Of a stretch of DNA of 64,000 nt, positions 10,116 through 19,733 are shown piece after piece. The stretch comes from a virus (Duplodnaviria > Caudoviricetes). The translations under genes and the position numbers were made by a program. Where the stretch lies: the IMG/VR virus record IMGVR_UViG_3300025781_000011, positions 1,174 to 65,173 of that record. One strand, written 5' to 3'. The notes beneath the pieces are model-generated. The model did no database searches, was not told the DNA's origin, and was given only the letters and a program-made list of their open reading frames with translations. Position 1 is the first letter of the stretch, and every line of letters begins with the position of its first letter.

Positions 10116-10776
10116 TAACAATTTACCATATGGTTATATTTATAAAACAATATTACCAGATGATAGATATTATATAGGTCAACATAAAATTATAAGTCAA
10201 AAAACACTTGATCCTACTTATTTTGGGTCGGGTGTTATTATTAAAGACTATATAAAATCTAAAGGTATTAATAGTTTAAAAAAAGTTATTTTAGAATTTG
10301 GAAATAGTTTTGACGAAATGAACACATTGGAAAAGAAATATGTCACAGAACAAGTTATGTCAGACGAACTGAATATAAATTTAGATGTCGGTGGTAGACA
10401 AAATTATACACGTTGGCCAGATGTTAAAAAAAGAATAGGTCAAACTATATCTAAATTAAGATCAGAATCTCCTGATAATTGGCCATCAAAAAAAGGTAAA
10501 GATAATAATAAATCGACTAATTGGAAATTGATTTCTCCAACCGGAGAAGAATTTATTATATGTGGGGGATTAAATCAATTTTGTAAAAGTAAAGGAATAT
10601 CTGCTAATACGCTTAAAAAAGCTGTAATAGAAGGGTGGATTCCTAGAAGAGGTTGTTGTTCTGGTTGGAAAGCGTTTAACCTTGATAATGGTAAAGGAAC
10701 TTATAGAGAAACTCAGAATCACGGAGAAACTCATTCGGGGTTAAATAACCCTTGGTATAAAAATAAAAATATATAG
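10096..10776 (+). CDS. GIY-YIG homing endonuclease (Seg-like)
   Basis: YGYIYKT...YYIGQH...YFGSG; overlaps the uvsX end; start ATG at 10096 or 10105. Confidence 0.85.
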   Translation: MTTMKDNNNLPYGYIYKTILPDDRYYIGQHKIISQKTLDPTYFGSGVIIKDYIKSKGINSLKKVILEFGNSFDEMNTLEKKYVTEQVMSDELNINLDVGGRQNYTRWPDVKKRIGQTISKLRSESPDNWPSKKGKDNNKSTNWKLISPTGEEFIICGGLNQFCKSKGISANTLKKAVIEGWIPRRGCCSGWKAFNLDNGKGTYRETQNHGETHSGLNNPWYKNKNI

Positions 10777-10788
10777 GAGTAAGATACA

Positions 10789-11034
10789 ATGGATATAAAC
10801 ACTTCGGTAATTATTGATTTGTGGGAAATGATAGCAGAAAACGTGCCTAACAGCCGTAAGGAAGAACTATCAACAAAGCTGGTATCAATTTTTGCAAAAG
10901 AAGGCGTTGAAAAGAGCGAGTTCAACACAATTCTTGGCGAAGATGATTATATTGATAGCGCAGTTGAGCATTATTTTGCTGATGAAGAAGATGACGACTA
11001 TCCAGTATATGATTCAGACGATTACGACGAATAG
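10789..11034 (+). CDS. Small acidic hypothetical protein
   Basis: 81 aa with AGGAG RBS. Confidence 0.7.
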   Translation: MDINTSVIIDLWEMIAENVPNSRKEELSTKLVSIFAKEGVEKSEFNTILGEDDYIDSAVEHYFADEEDDDYPVYDSDDYDE

Positions 11035-11041
11035 GAATTAA

Positions 11042-11506
11042 ATGTGGTATAATCGGGTAGTAGAAGATATGGCAGAGATACCGTCTGCCATAGATTTCTA
11101 TAATAAAGAACTTGAGAAGGCCAAGAATGAACCACGTATAGTGGGTAACATTGAAAAGAATGCTCAAGAACTTGCTGGTATCATGAGCTACAGATTTACA
11201 CAATTACAAGAACTCGAAGCAATTCTAAAATTCCTTAATATTAATTATGATAAACTACGTTCTGATCATTATCGCAAGTATAATGAACGCTATAATCGTG
11301 AATTAAGCGATCGTAGTATTGAAAAATATATCGACGGAGAAGATGATATTGTTAGCATGAGTACAGTTATCAATGAAGTAGCACTGGTTAGAAACAAGTA
11401 TCTTGCACTTATAAAAGGACTAGACATCAAGCAATTTCAGATATCCAATATAGTAAAATTGAGGATCGTCGGAATGGAAGATGCACATCTCGATACTCGT
11501 GGGTAA
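11042..11506 (+). CDS. uvsY: Recombination mediator UvsY-like
   Basis: Coiled coil with IEKYIDGEDDI and C-terminal QISNIVKLR; located between uvsX and uvsW. Confidence 0.7.
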   Translation: MWYNRVVEDMAEIPSAIDFYNKELEKAKNEPRIVGNIEKNAQELAGIMSYRFTQLQELEAILKFLNINYDKLRSDHYRKYNERYNRELSDRSIEKYIDGEDDIVSMSTVINEVALVRNKYLALIKGLDIKQFQISNIVKLRIVGMEDAHLDTRG

Positions 11507-11508
11507 TC

Positions 11509-11742
11509 ATGCAGGTACTTTGTAGCAAGCAATATTTAAACACCATAGCTACTCGTCAGCAAACCATGAAAGACCAGGGTTGGCCTTATTATGCTCTTTT
11601 ACAACAAGTTGAAGAGCATTATGCTATTACAGATTGGTGTTATAAGTTTTTAAAACCAAATGAAACTGTTACATGGCACGGTATGCAATTTTGGTTTAAA
11701 AATGAACAAGATTTGATGTTGTTTACATTAACATGGCTATAA
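11509..11742 (+). CDS. Hypothetical protein
   Basis: 77 aa ending FWFKNEQDLMLFTLTW; same small family as 38590-38841. Confidence 0.6.
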   Translation: MQVLCSKQYLNTIATRQQTMKDQGWPYYALLQQVEEHYAITDWCYKFLKPNETVTWHGMQFWFKNEQDLMLFTLTWL

Positions 11743-11749
11743 AATCCCG

Positions 11750-11777
11750 TTGACATAACTCAAAAACCTGCTATACT
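11750..11777 (+). promoter_or_regulatory. Early sigma70-type promoter
   Basis: TTGACA...TGCTATACT. Confidence 0.65.
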
Positions 11778-11803
11778 CATTTCACGTTATAAAAAGGTGC
11801 AGC

Positions 11804-12202
11804 ATGTCTTTTACAGGTTATGATTCTCGTAGCGAAGTTTCTAATTTGGTAGGTAAGACCTTTACCAAAATTGAACGGTTTGAAGACGAGCTGATATTTT
11901 GGGCAGAAAACAAGTCCGACAGCTATGCACTGTTTCACGAGCAGGATTGCTGTGAAACAGTATATTTGGAAGATGTAATTGGAGATCTGGCTGATTTGGA
12001 AAATTCCCCAATACTGTTGGCAGAAGAAGCTAGTTCAACTGATCTGCCTCCTATCAGCGAAGATGACGAGTCGTACACTTGGACCTTTTACAAGTTCTCA
12101 ACCATAAAGGGATCAGTGACCTTGCGTTGGTACGGGGTATCTAATGGTTATTATTCAGAACGTGTAACCTGCGGACGGTGGAAGGATTCTTCGGGGGAAT
12201 AA
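11804..12202 (+). CDS. Conserved hypothetical phage protein
   Basis: H.QDCCE.V...SYTWTFYK..T.KG.VT.RW.G.SNGYYSE is a pattern widespread in phages. Confidence 0.75.
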   Translation: MSFTGYDSRSEVSNLVGKTFTKIERFEDELIFWAENKSDSYALFHEQDCCETVYLEDVIGDLADLENSPILLAEEASSTDLPPISEDDESYTWTFYKFSTIKGSVTLRWYGVSNGYYSERVTCGRWKDSSGE

Positions 12203-12203
12203 A

Positions 12204-12398
12204 ATGAAAACTGGCCTGCAAGATCTTGTAGACACACTCGAGGTCATATCTGATGAGTATGAAAATACCTTAAGAGAAGATGAACCCCCTACCTTTGAAG
12301 GTTTTTCCAAATATCTGATTGAACAATGTGGAATAACCGACAAATTACAAATTGTAGACAAAGAAAAATGGACAAGGTTTGTGCTATCTAGAGCTTGA
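12204..12398 (+). CDS. Hypothetical protein
   Basis: 64 aa with GGGG RBS, adjacent to the previous gene. Confidence 0.55.
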   Translation: MKTGLQDLVDTLEVISDEYENTLREDEPPTFEGFSKYLIEQCGITDKLQIVDKEKWTRFVLSRA

Positions 12399-12447
12399 CA
12401 AACCTTTAAAATCTGTTAATGTAACCCTATTAACTATGGAGAACCAA

Positions 12448-13485
12448 ATGCAGTCATATGTAAAAGTTGTCTCAGCTCGGTCCCGTCAGGGAGTAGACAT
12501 CCAGGATACAGTATTCAAAATGCTAGACCATCCACACAAGGACAAAGACGGTCTATACATTGTTGTAGACGGAACACCACACAGTAATCTTCGCAATGGA
12601 CGAGTCCGACTTTATATTGATTCACCAGGCGACTACCATCCAATTGATGCCGCAGCAGCAGAAAAGATTCTACGTCCGATTACAGATGCAACCAACGATA
12701 CTCGCGACGATGGTGAGATTGCAGCAGAACTCAGAGAGACTTTTAATATCCTCGAGGAAATGACCAAAGCAGTTGCTTCCAATATTGTTAAAGGTTTGGT
12801 AGTAAGTGGTCCAGCAGGTGTTGGCAAGAGTCATACAGTAGAGTCAACCTTGGTTAAGACTCTGGGATTGATGGCTGCATTTAAAAACGGAATGCCGCAA
12901 TTCGAGTTTATCACCGGTGGTATTAGTGCTCCTATTCTATATACCAAGCTTTGGAGTTATAGAGAAGAAGGACAGGTACTGGTGTTTGATGACTGCGACA
13001 GTGCGTTATATGATGAAGAAAGCCTTAACATCCTCAAAGCGGCACTTGATTCTAAAAAGGTGCGTAAAATTTGTTGGAACAAAGATAGCCGTATTTTAGA
13101 GAATAGAGATATTCCAAACTCATTTGAGTATAAAGGCGGAATTATCTTTATTACTAATTTAGATTTCAACAATCTAAGAAGTCCGAGAATTTCAAACCAC
13201 TTAGAAGCTATTGTGAGTCGTTGTCACTACATGCAGTTAGGAATGAATACCATTCGTGAAAAGTTAATCCATATTAAAGATGTTATCGAACGCAATGACA
13301 TGTTTCACGGATATGGATTTGAGGAAAGTGAAAAGAACGAGGTTGTTAAGTATGTTGAACTTAACGCAGCAAAAATGCGTGAAATGAGTCTTCGCACGGT
13401 TCTTAAAGTAGCCGACTTGCGTAAAGCCATGCCAGAACGTTGGGAAAAGTTTGCTAATAAGAATGTGTTGAAATCTGTAGCCTAA
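12448..13485 (+). CDS. AAA+/P-loop ATPase
   Basis: Walker A GPAGVGKS, Walker B VLVFDDCD, IIFITN; GGAG RBS before ATG 12448. Confidence 0.85.
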   Translation: MQSYVKVVSARSRQGVDIQDTVFKMLDHPHKDKDGLYIVVDGTPHSNLRNGRVRLYIDSPGDYHPIDAAAAEKILRPITDATNDTRDDGEIAAELRETFNILEEMTKAVASNIVKGLVVSGPAGVGKSHTVESTLVKTLGLMAAFKNGMPQFEFITGGISAPILYTKLWSYREEGQVLVFDDCDSALYDEESLNILKAALDSKKVRKICWNKDSRILENRDIPNSFEYKGGIIFITNLDFNNLRSPRISNHLEAIVSRCHYMQLGMNTIREKLIHIKDVIERNDMFHGYGFEESEKNEVVKYVELNAAKMREMSLRTVLKVADLRKAMPERWEKFANKNVLKSVA

Positions 13486-13501
13486 GAGCGTAAACTGTAG
13501 T

Positions 13502-14959
13502 ATGATAAAATCATGCAACATAATTATTGAAGACGAGTGCAACATAAAATTAGAAAATCTAGATCTATCTACACGAAAAGCGTGTGCCAATTCAGTCAAG
13601 TACTTCTTGCCTCATGCACGTTATAGCCCGGCATTCAAATTAGGCAGATGGGATGGAACTCAGAGTTTTTGTACACTTGGAGGCAGGACTTACTTAAATC
13701 TCTTGGACAAGATCCTGCCTATCCTAGAAGATAACAACTTTGAATTTGAAATTGAAGATCGTAGACAACGATATGAGTTTAACCTTGATCAGATCGACGA
13801 TCAATACCTAGCTGATATCACATGGCCAGAAGGTCATCGTATGGCAGGAGAACCTATTATTATACGCGACTATCAAGTAGCTGCTATAAATGAATGCGTT
13901 AATAATTTACAAGGGATAACGATTGCTCCTACTAGTGCAGGAAAGACAATCGTAACTTCTTGCCTGAGCAAACTTGCTGAAAAATATGGAAGAACTATTG
14001 TTATTGTTCCCAATAAGAATCTAGTACAACAAACAGAAGAAGACTACCGTAATATCGGATTAGACGTTGGTGTATTGTACGGTGATCGTAAAGAGTATAA
14101 TCGCACTCATACCATATGCACCTGGCAGAGTTTGAATGTATTAGATAAGAAAAACAAAGATGCACTTGATGATGATCAGCTAAAAGTATTTCTTGACAAC
14201 CTTGTTGCTGTTATATGTGATGAAGTGCATATGGTTAAGAATACAGGTGTACTACATACGCTATTAACAACTACATTTGCTAATGTGCCAATTCGCTGGG
14301 GATTAACTGGTACTATTCCAGAAGAAGAATACAACCAAGTTAGTTTGTACAGTGCCATTGGACCTATAATTGGTAAACTTACTGCTAAAGAATTACAAGA
14401 CGCAGGACATTTAGCACAGTGCCATGTTAATATTCTTCAAACTCAAGAAACATTGGTATATAATAACTATCAAGAAGAACTAAAGTACCTTGTTACCAAT
14501 AAAGAACGACTCGAGTGGCTAGCTACTAAGGTCAAGGAAATCGCTAAAACAGGTAATACTCTAGTCCTGATTGATAGAATTGAAACTGGACAAATTTTAA
14601 ACGAATTATTACCAGATGCTATATTCATTAGCGGTAAAATGAAAGCTACTGAGCGTAGAGAACATTATAAAGAAATTAACTTTGATAATAATGCGATTAT
14701 GATTGCAACTTATGGAACCACTTCAACAGGCATAAATATTAGTAGACTCTTTAATTTAGTTTTATTAGAACCGGGTAAGAGCTTTGTTAGAGTAATTCAA
14801 AGTATTGGTCGTGGTTTACGTAAAGCAGATGACAAAGAAGCAGTAGATATTTACGATGTGAGTAGCAAATGCAAATTCAGCAACAGACACCAATTGAAAC
14901 GACGGAAATTTTACACAGAAGTGCAATATCCGTTCACAATGAAAAAAATAACATACTGA
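13502..14959 (+). CDS. uvsW: SF2 DNA helicase UvsW-like
   Basis: RDYQ, APTSAGKT, DEVH, GLTGT, QSIGRGLR. Confidence 0.92.
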   Translation: MIKSCNIIIEDECNIKLENLDLSTRKACANSVKYFLPHARYSPAFKLGRWDGTQSFCTLGGRTYLNLLDKILPILEDNNFEFEIEDRRQRYEFNLDQIDDQYLADITWPEGHRMAGEPIIIRDYQVAAINECVNNLQGITIAPTSAGKTIVTSCLSKLAEKYGRTIVIVPNKNLVQQTEEDYRNIGLDVGVLYGDRKEYNRTHTICTWQSLNVLDKKNKDALDDDQLKVFLDNLVAVICDEVHMVKNTGVLHTLLTTTFANVPIRWGLTGTIPEEEYNQVSLYSAIGPIIGKLTAKELQDAGHLAQCHVNILQTQETLVYNNYQEELKYLVTNKERLEWLATKVKEIAKTGNTLVLIDRIETGQILNELLPDAIFISGKMKATERREHYKEINFDNNAIMIATYGTTSTGINISRLFNLVLLEPGKSFVRVIQSIGRGLRKADDKEAVDIYDVSSKCKFSNRHQLKRRKFYTEVQYPFTMKKITY

Positions 14960-16785
14960 AGCATATTGACGATCTTTTTGAAAAATACAAAAACAATGTT
15001 AAAGTAGCTAATTTGGTAATAAAACAATTAAAAGAATCAAATTATTGGGAAGAAATAACCTCAAAAATTGATTGTAATAAATTAGTTACAAGTAAAGATA
15101 TCGAAAAACTTTATGTATATGTCAATGGGTATAAACCCGAATGTCCCTTTAATAAACATATAAAATTTATAGGATATGCTGTAGGATATAGACGATGCGG
15201 TCCTGCTAGCAGGTGCAAATGTACAGAACAATCTGTATCCGATAATGTTTCGCGATCTAAACTTTCCTATTCTAATGATACAAAAAGTTCTATAAATGAA
15301 AAAAGAAAACAAACAAACATCGAACGATATGGTATTGATAATCCATTTAAAGACCAAGATAAGGTAAAAGAGTCGTATATAGCAAAATTGGGAGTCGATC
15401 ATCCTATGCATCTCGATTCAACCAAGGATAAAATCAAATCAACAAACATAGAAAGATATGGTGTCGATCATCCTATGCATCTCGATTCAACCAAGGATAA
15501 AATCAAATCAACAAACATAGAAAGATATGGTGTCGATCATCCTATGCATCTTGATTCGATCAAGGATAAAATCAAATCAACAAACATAGAAAGATATGGC
15601 GTCGATCATCCTATGCATCTTGATTCGATCAAGGATAAAATCAAATCAACAAGTTTAGAGAAATACGGTGTCGACAATCCGAGCAAAAGTGAAATAATCA
15701 AACAACAAATAAGAACAGCACAGCTTGATACCTATTATAGTAAATTATGTTCTAGATTAGAAATTCATAAAATAAGGCCCAACGACCAAGAGCCATTTAA
15801 TTTTACTTCAAACCATTTTAAATGGATATGCGATACGTGTAATAGTCACTTTGATGGTACTGCAATAAACGGCAGAATTCCTAGATGTCCTACATGCTAT
15901 CCAGCACATATTAGTTCTGGTCAACAAGAAATAGTAGATTACATCAAAGGTATAGTAGGAGTTGATCCTTTATTAATAAATGACAGAACTGTACTAGCAA
16001 ATAAAAACGATAAAAGAAAAAATAAAGAATTAGATATCGTAATAAAGGACAAAAATCTAGCAATAGAGTATTGCGGATTAAGATATCACACAGAAGGATT
16101 TGGCAATAAAAATAAATTTTATCATTATAATAAATGGTACGAATGTAACAATAAAAATATTCAATTAATAACAATTTTCTCAGATGATTGGTACGATAAT
16201 AAGTTGCTGATAAAAAGTATGATAAACGTTAGATTGGGAAAATCTGCAAAAATCCCTGCAAGAAAAACTATTGTTAGTGTCATAGACAATTATCAAGCAG
16301 AGGAATTTTTTGAAAATAATCATATCAGCGGTTATATAAAAAGTTCTTATAATATTGGGTTATTTTATGAAAATAAACTGGTAATGTGCATGAGTTTTTC
16401 TAAATCTAGATATAATAAATCATTTGAATTTGAAATAACTAGAATGGCTGCTATACGTAATACCGTTGTAGTAGGTGGTGCATCAAAACTATTCTCTTAT
16501 TTTGTTAAAAATAAAAATCCCAATTCTGTAATAAGTTATTGTGATCTTAGTTACGGTACAGGAAAAAGTTATTTAAAAATGGGATTTGCTTCTTTTGGAA
16601 AACCAACAATAGGATATCAATATGTTGAATTAAATAAACCCAATTGCAGATATGATAGATTGCAATTTCAAAAACATAAACTGGGAGAAACAAACGGTTT
16701 AACTGAAAAACAATTCATGTTGTCAAACGGTTTTGATGTTATATGGGATTGCGGGCATCAAAAATATATCTGGAAAAAGTCATGA
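14869..16785 (+). CDS. Hef-like / Vsr-type homing endonuclease with repeat domain, Zn ribbon and C-terminal GNAT-like module
   Basis: ERYGVD.P repeats, CxxC..CPxC, ELDI....NLAIEYCG..YH, ..GGASKLF...ISYCD; true start uncertain. Confidence 0.75.
   Translation: MQIQQQTPIETTEILHRSAISVHNEKNNILKHIDDLFEKYKNNVKVANLVIKQLKESNYWEEITSKIDCNKLVTSKDIEKLYVYVNGYKPECPFNKHIKFIGYAVGYRRCGPASRCKCTEQSVSDNVSRSKLSYSNDTKSSINEKRKQTNIERYGIDNPFKDQDKVKESYIAKLGVDHPMHLDSTKDKIKSTNIERYGVDHPMHLDSTKDKIKSTNIERYGVDHPMHLDSIKDKIKSTNIERYGVDHPMHLDSIKDKIKSTSLEKYGVDNPSKSEIIKQQIRTAQLDTYYSKLCSRLEIHKIRPNDQEPFNFTSNHFKWICDTCNSHFDGTAINGRIPRCPTCYPAHISSGQQEIVDYIKGIVGVDPLLINDRTVLANKNDKRKNKELDIVIKDKNLAIEYCGLRYHTEGFGNKNKFYHYNKWYECNNKNIQLITIFSDDWYDNKLLIKSMINVRLGKSAKIPARKTIVSVIDNYQAEEFFENNHISGYIKSSYNIGLFYENKLVMCMSFSKSRYNKSFEFEITRMAAIRNTVVVGGASKLFSYFVKNKNPNSVISYCDLSYGTGKSYLKMGFASFGKPTIGYQYVELNKPNCRYDRLQFQKHKLGETNGLTEKQFMLSNGFDVIWDCGHQKYIWKKS
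15394..15680 (+). repeat. 69-bp tandem repeat (four copies plus a degenerate fifth) encoding VDHPMHLDS(T/I)KDKIKSTNIERYG
   Basis: Copies begin at 15394, 15463, 15532 and 15601. Confidence 0.95.
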
Positions 16786-16815
16786 AAAATAATTTAAAAC
16801 TTACTGTGTTTTTAG

Positions 16816-16854
16816 GTTCAGTACCCTTTTACCATTGATAAAATTACATATTAA
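16816..16854 (+). pseudogene. Stranded second copy of the uvsW 3' end (VQYPFTIDKITY*)
   Basis: 10 of 12 residues plus the stop match the uvsW terminus VQYPFTMKKITY* at 14921-14959. Confidence 0.8.
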
Positions 16855-16929
16855 CAAAATAAATGAGCAAACTGGTGAAAATTTAGGTTAAATACTTCCG
16901 CATACCTAAAACAGTTTTAAAGGCTCAAT

Positions 16930-17430
16930 TTGAGAATCTTAACAAATGAAAATAAAGCATTTAATCTGAACGAATTACCTGATGTAGTAGATGACATCAG
17001 ATACTGTGTTCTTGATTATAGCGATCAAAATAATGTAGATTACTACTTCATGCCTCTGATATTCTTAGAGAGCTTTAATAGTCCATGTGTTGATATCAAA
17101 ATAGGCAAGTATAATATACAAATGCCATTAGATTGGAGTGTTATTATAGGCGACATAAACTTAGGCGAGATTGAGATAATGCCGTTGATTTATCTAAATG
17201 ATAAGGATTTTGATGTGTTCACACTTAATCCAATCAATGGTTATATGCCACGATTTATGAAATTTGAAATTATTAATATTTGGCCAGATGTGCGTTGGTA
17301 TTTCCCAAAATTAAAAAATGGACATATATTATCAGTACCACTAGATGACAGTGAAAGTCCACTCTGTGCATTTTTCTTAAAAGATATAGGAAAAATCCCC
17401 GAAAGTCTCGATATAAGAAAGCTGTTTTAG
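16930..17430 (+). CDS. Conserved hypothetical phage protein
   Basis: 166 aa, TTG start, TAAATA upstream. Confidence 0.7.
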   Translation: MRILTNENKAFNLNELPDVVDDIRYCVLDYSDQNNVDYYFMPLIFLESFNSPCVDIKIGKYNIQMPLDWSVIIGDINLGEIEIMPLIYLNDKDFDVFTLNPINGYMPRFMKFEIINIWPDVRWYFPKLKNGHILSVPLDDSESPLCAFFLKDIGKIPESLDIRKLF

Positions 17431-17436
17431 AAAAGC

Positions 17437-17472
17437 AAAACCCTTAGATTGCTCGGGCTCTCTAAGGGTTTT
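17437..17472. terminator. Bidirectional terminator between convergent genes
   Basis: AAAACCCTTAGA...TCTAAGGGTTTT. Confidence 0.8.
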
Positions 17473-17510
17473 ACTCGAGTCTGCTTGTTTGTCTTAAAAC
17501 AAGCTAAGTG

Positions 17511-17891
17511 TTATGAACTTGCTAGATATGCTTCATTACCGTATTGTATAGTATATGTACCGTCATTAAAATACCATTTATAATTGATTCCGTCAAAAGT
17601 TCTTACAGTGTTATCATAAATGACTTCTGCATACTTTGAGCCTTCTGCAAAAGTTGTAACAACAACACTAGCTTGACCGATGGCTAAATTACCGCCGTCG
17701 ATGTTAGCCAGTATAACTTCACCTTCGTGTGCACCGTCGTTACTGGTTACATAGTAACGACCTGTGCCAGTTTGGCGGTCTATATAACTTGCACGGGACT
17801 GAGTATCGCCTGGTACCCAAGCATAGCAAGCTATTTGACTACCGTTTATTGATACATTACCTATATAATCGTTTTTAATTGGACGTCCCAT
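17511..17891 (-). CDS. Virion structural protein (MGRP-start family)
   Basis: 126 aa starting MGRPIKNDYIG. Confidence 0.7.
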   Translation of the reverse strand: MGRPIKNDYIGNVSINGSQIACYAWVPGDTQSRASYIDRQTGTGRYYVTSNDGAHEGEVILANIDGGNLAIGQASVVVTTFAEGSKYAEVIYDNTVRTFDGINYKWYFNDGTYTIQYGNEAYLASS

Positions 17892-17904
17892 ATTCTATTC
17901 TACC

Positions 17905-19125
17905 TTATGAACCATTTCTTATTGATACTGCTACACCTGCTATAGCTGCATCGAAACTCCAAAGAACAATTTCGTCCTCAGCAAATTCGAAAGAACCTGA
18001 ACCTACTTGACCAACCACAGCTTTGTGTGACATGATCTTTTTGACCCAGTAGCTATTACCAGTACTATCTGTAGCTTGTATATATAAACCACTTGAACTA
18101 GTAGGAGGTGCTAATCCCAGTATGTATGGATAATCTTGTGTACCAAATACATAGAAACTGTTATTGCTTTCTTGTTTAACAATGTCAATTACAAGACTGG
18201 TAGCTAAATCAATACCAACAATAGCGTTGTTATATAAATTTGTCAATGCGTAAGTACCAGTTGCAACAGTTTCGCCACCACCTGGAGCAGTAAATGTCAT
18301 AGACTCTGATCCAAGGTATCCGTCGCCTGCTGTAGTAATCACTGCATGATCTGCTTGATAACTAACAGTTAATGTTGCACCTGAACCACCTGTAGGAGCA
18401 ACTGTAGTTGTTAATGCACCAAAATTAATTGTTCCAGAAAAACTTCCGCTGGCAACAACTGTAACAGCTTCTACACCGTATGTAAATGTTACAGAACCAC
18501 CAGTACCGTTATTATCACCTACTCCGGAACCATTATAGTCGCCTGTAGCACGAGTGTTATAACCAGTCGGTGTCATACTACCAGCAGTCGGACCTCCTAT
18601 AATGGTTTGTGCAGTTGTTGGGGCGTGAGTACCATCCGTACCGTCCCATACGCCATATATGCTTGCACCAGCATTATAACCAGTTAAATGATGTCCGCCG
18701 TCTGCTGTTACACCTTTAAGAATAGTAGGACTTGTCCAATGTGAATTAATGAACTGATCCCATACGATCCATTCTGTACCATCCCATGTTGTGCTACTAC
18801 CAGCAGTGTTTAATGATGCTGATAAAACACGTAGTTTTGTAACACGATATGTTGTTCCGTTGGTATCTGTTAGTATGTCACCAATTTGGTAACCTGAACC
18901 TTTTGCTGATAGTGTAGCACTTTTTGCTGTCGAATAAAGTACCCCAACAGCCTGTTGACCTAGCGGGAATGATGGAGTTGCAAATGATACTGTAGGAAGT
19001 CTATTGATATATGTTCCACCTGCAGTAATAGTAATGCTTGCTATGCCTTCACCGCCAATTTCTGCACCAGCTGGTGGAACTGAATTTGTTAAACCAAAAT
19101 ATTTTTTATTAAGTGGGCGTCCCAT
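17905..19125 (-). CDS. Gly/Thr-rich virion protein (MGRP-start family)
   Basis: 406 aa starting MGRPLNKKYFG; GSGY-type repeats; AGGAG RBS and late motif upstream. Confidence 0.75.
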   Translation of the reverse strand: MGRPLNKKYFGLTNSVPPAGAEIGGEGIASITITAGGTYINRLPTVSFATPSFPLGQQAVGVLYSTAKSATLSAKGSGYQIGDILTDTNGTTYRVTKLRVLSASLNTAGSSTTWDGTEWIVWDQFINSHWTSPTILKGVTADGGHHLTGYNAGASIYGVWDGTDGTHAPTTAQTIIGGPTAGSMTPTGYNTRATGDYNGSGVGDNNGTGGSVTFTYGVEAVTVVASGSFSGTINFGALTTTVAPTGGSGATLTVSYQADHAVITTAGDGYLGSESMTFTAPGGGETVATGTYALTNLYNNAIVGIDLATSLVIDIVKQESNNSFYVFGTQDYPYILGLAPPTSSSGLYIQATDSTGNSYWVKKIMSHKAVVGQVGSGSFEFAEDEIVLWSFDAAIAGVAVSIRNGS

Positions 19126-19226
19126 TCTTGGATCTCCTTGATATGCTTTGTAAGGTATTTATCACTCTTGTGGTTTTATTGTAAAGATGTAACAATAGTG
19201 AGTATACTTCTACAGGTGGATAGCGT

Positions 19227-19733
19227 ATGGCTAGTGAAAAAAAGAAATATAAACTTGAATTAAGTACAGTATTAGCTGAACTTGATCGAGGTAATAAATC
19301 ATTTTATACTAATTTAACACTGGATGAGAAGAAAGCATATGCACCGTTGGTACTGATGAGGTACATGAGTAGTCTCGGTGACCAAAGTAGAAATAAAGAA
19401 TACGCTATCATTGCAACAAATGATTTGGTTAATATTGGATTTTGGCAGTTAAGTAAATATCCAGATCTACAGCATCTACTGCTATGTGCAGCAAGTTTAG
19501 GTAGCAAACAGTATCATCAATGGATACCTAATAAAGGAAAGAAATCTGTTTCAGCAGCTCTTGATGAATTTTTCAGAGAATTATATCCAAGTTCAAATGA
19601 TATAGAATTAGCTATTCTTAAAGAAAATCACACTAGTGAAAGCTTTAAACAGCTAACTATAGATGCTGGTAAAAGTGAACGAGAAACAAAAGAATTAATG
19701 GATCATTGGAAGAAATACGCAAAGAATGGCTAA
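19227..19733 (+). CDS. Putative clamp-loader small subunit (gp62-like)
   Basis: Y.PLVLMRYMS...N..VN..FW.L...P.LQ..LL....QYHQWI loosely resembles gp62. Confidence 0.45.
   Translation: MASEKKKYKLELSTVLAELDRGNKSFYTNLTLDEKKAYAPLVLMRYMSSLGDQSRNKEYAIIATNDLVNIGFWQLSKYPDLQHLLLCAASLGSKQYHQWIPNKGKKSVSAALDEFFRELYPSSNDIELAILKENHTSESFKQLTIDAGKSERETKELMDHWKKYAKNG

Noticed and set aside
10776-10789. Stranded gene tails after the uvsX and topoisomerase GIY-YIG genes
   Set aside because: Both were checked; the next gene starts almost immediately and no duplicated terminus is visible
15394-15680. CRISPR array
   Set aside because: The 69-bp repeats are contiguous and in frame, with no unique spacers
14959-16815. 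Group I intron in uvsW
   Set aside because: uvsW already has a complete terminus, and the ~30 nt of flanking non-coding sequence leaves no room for a ribozyme core
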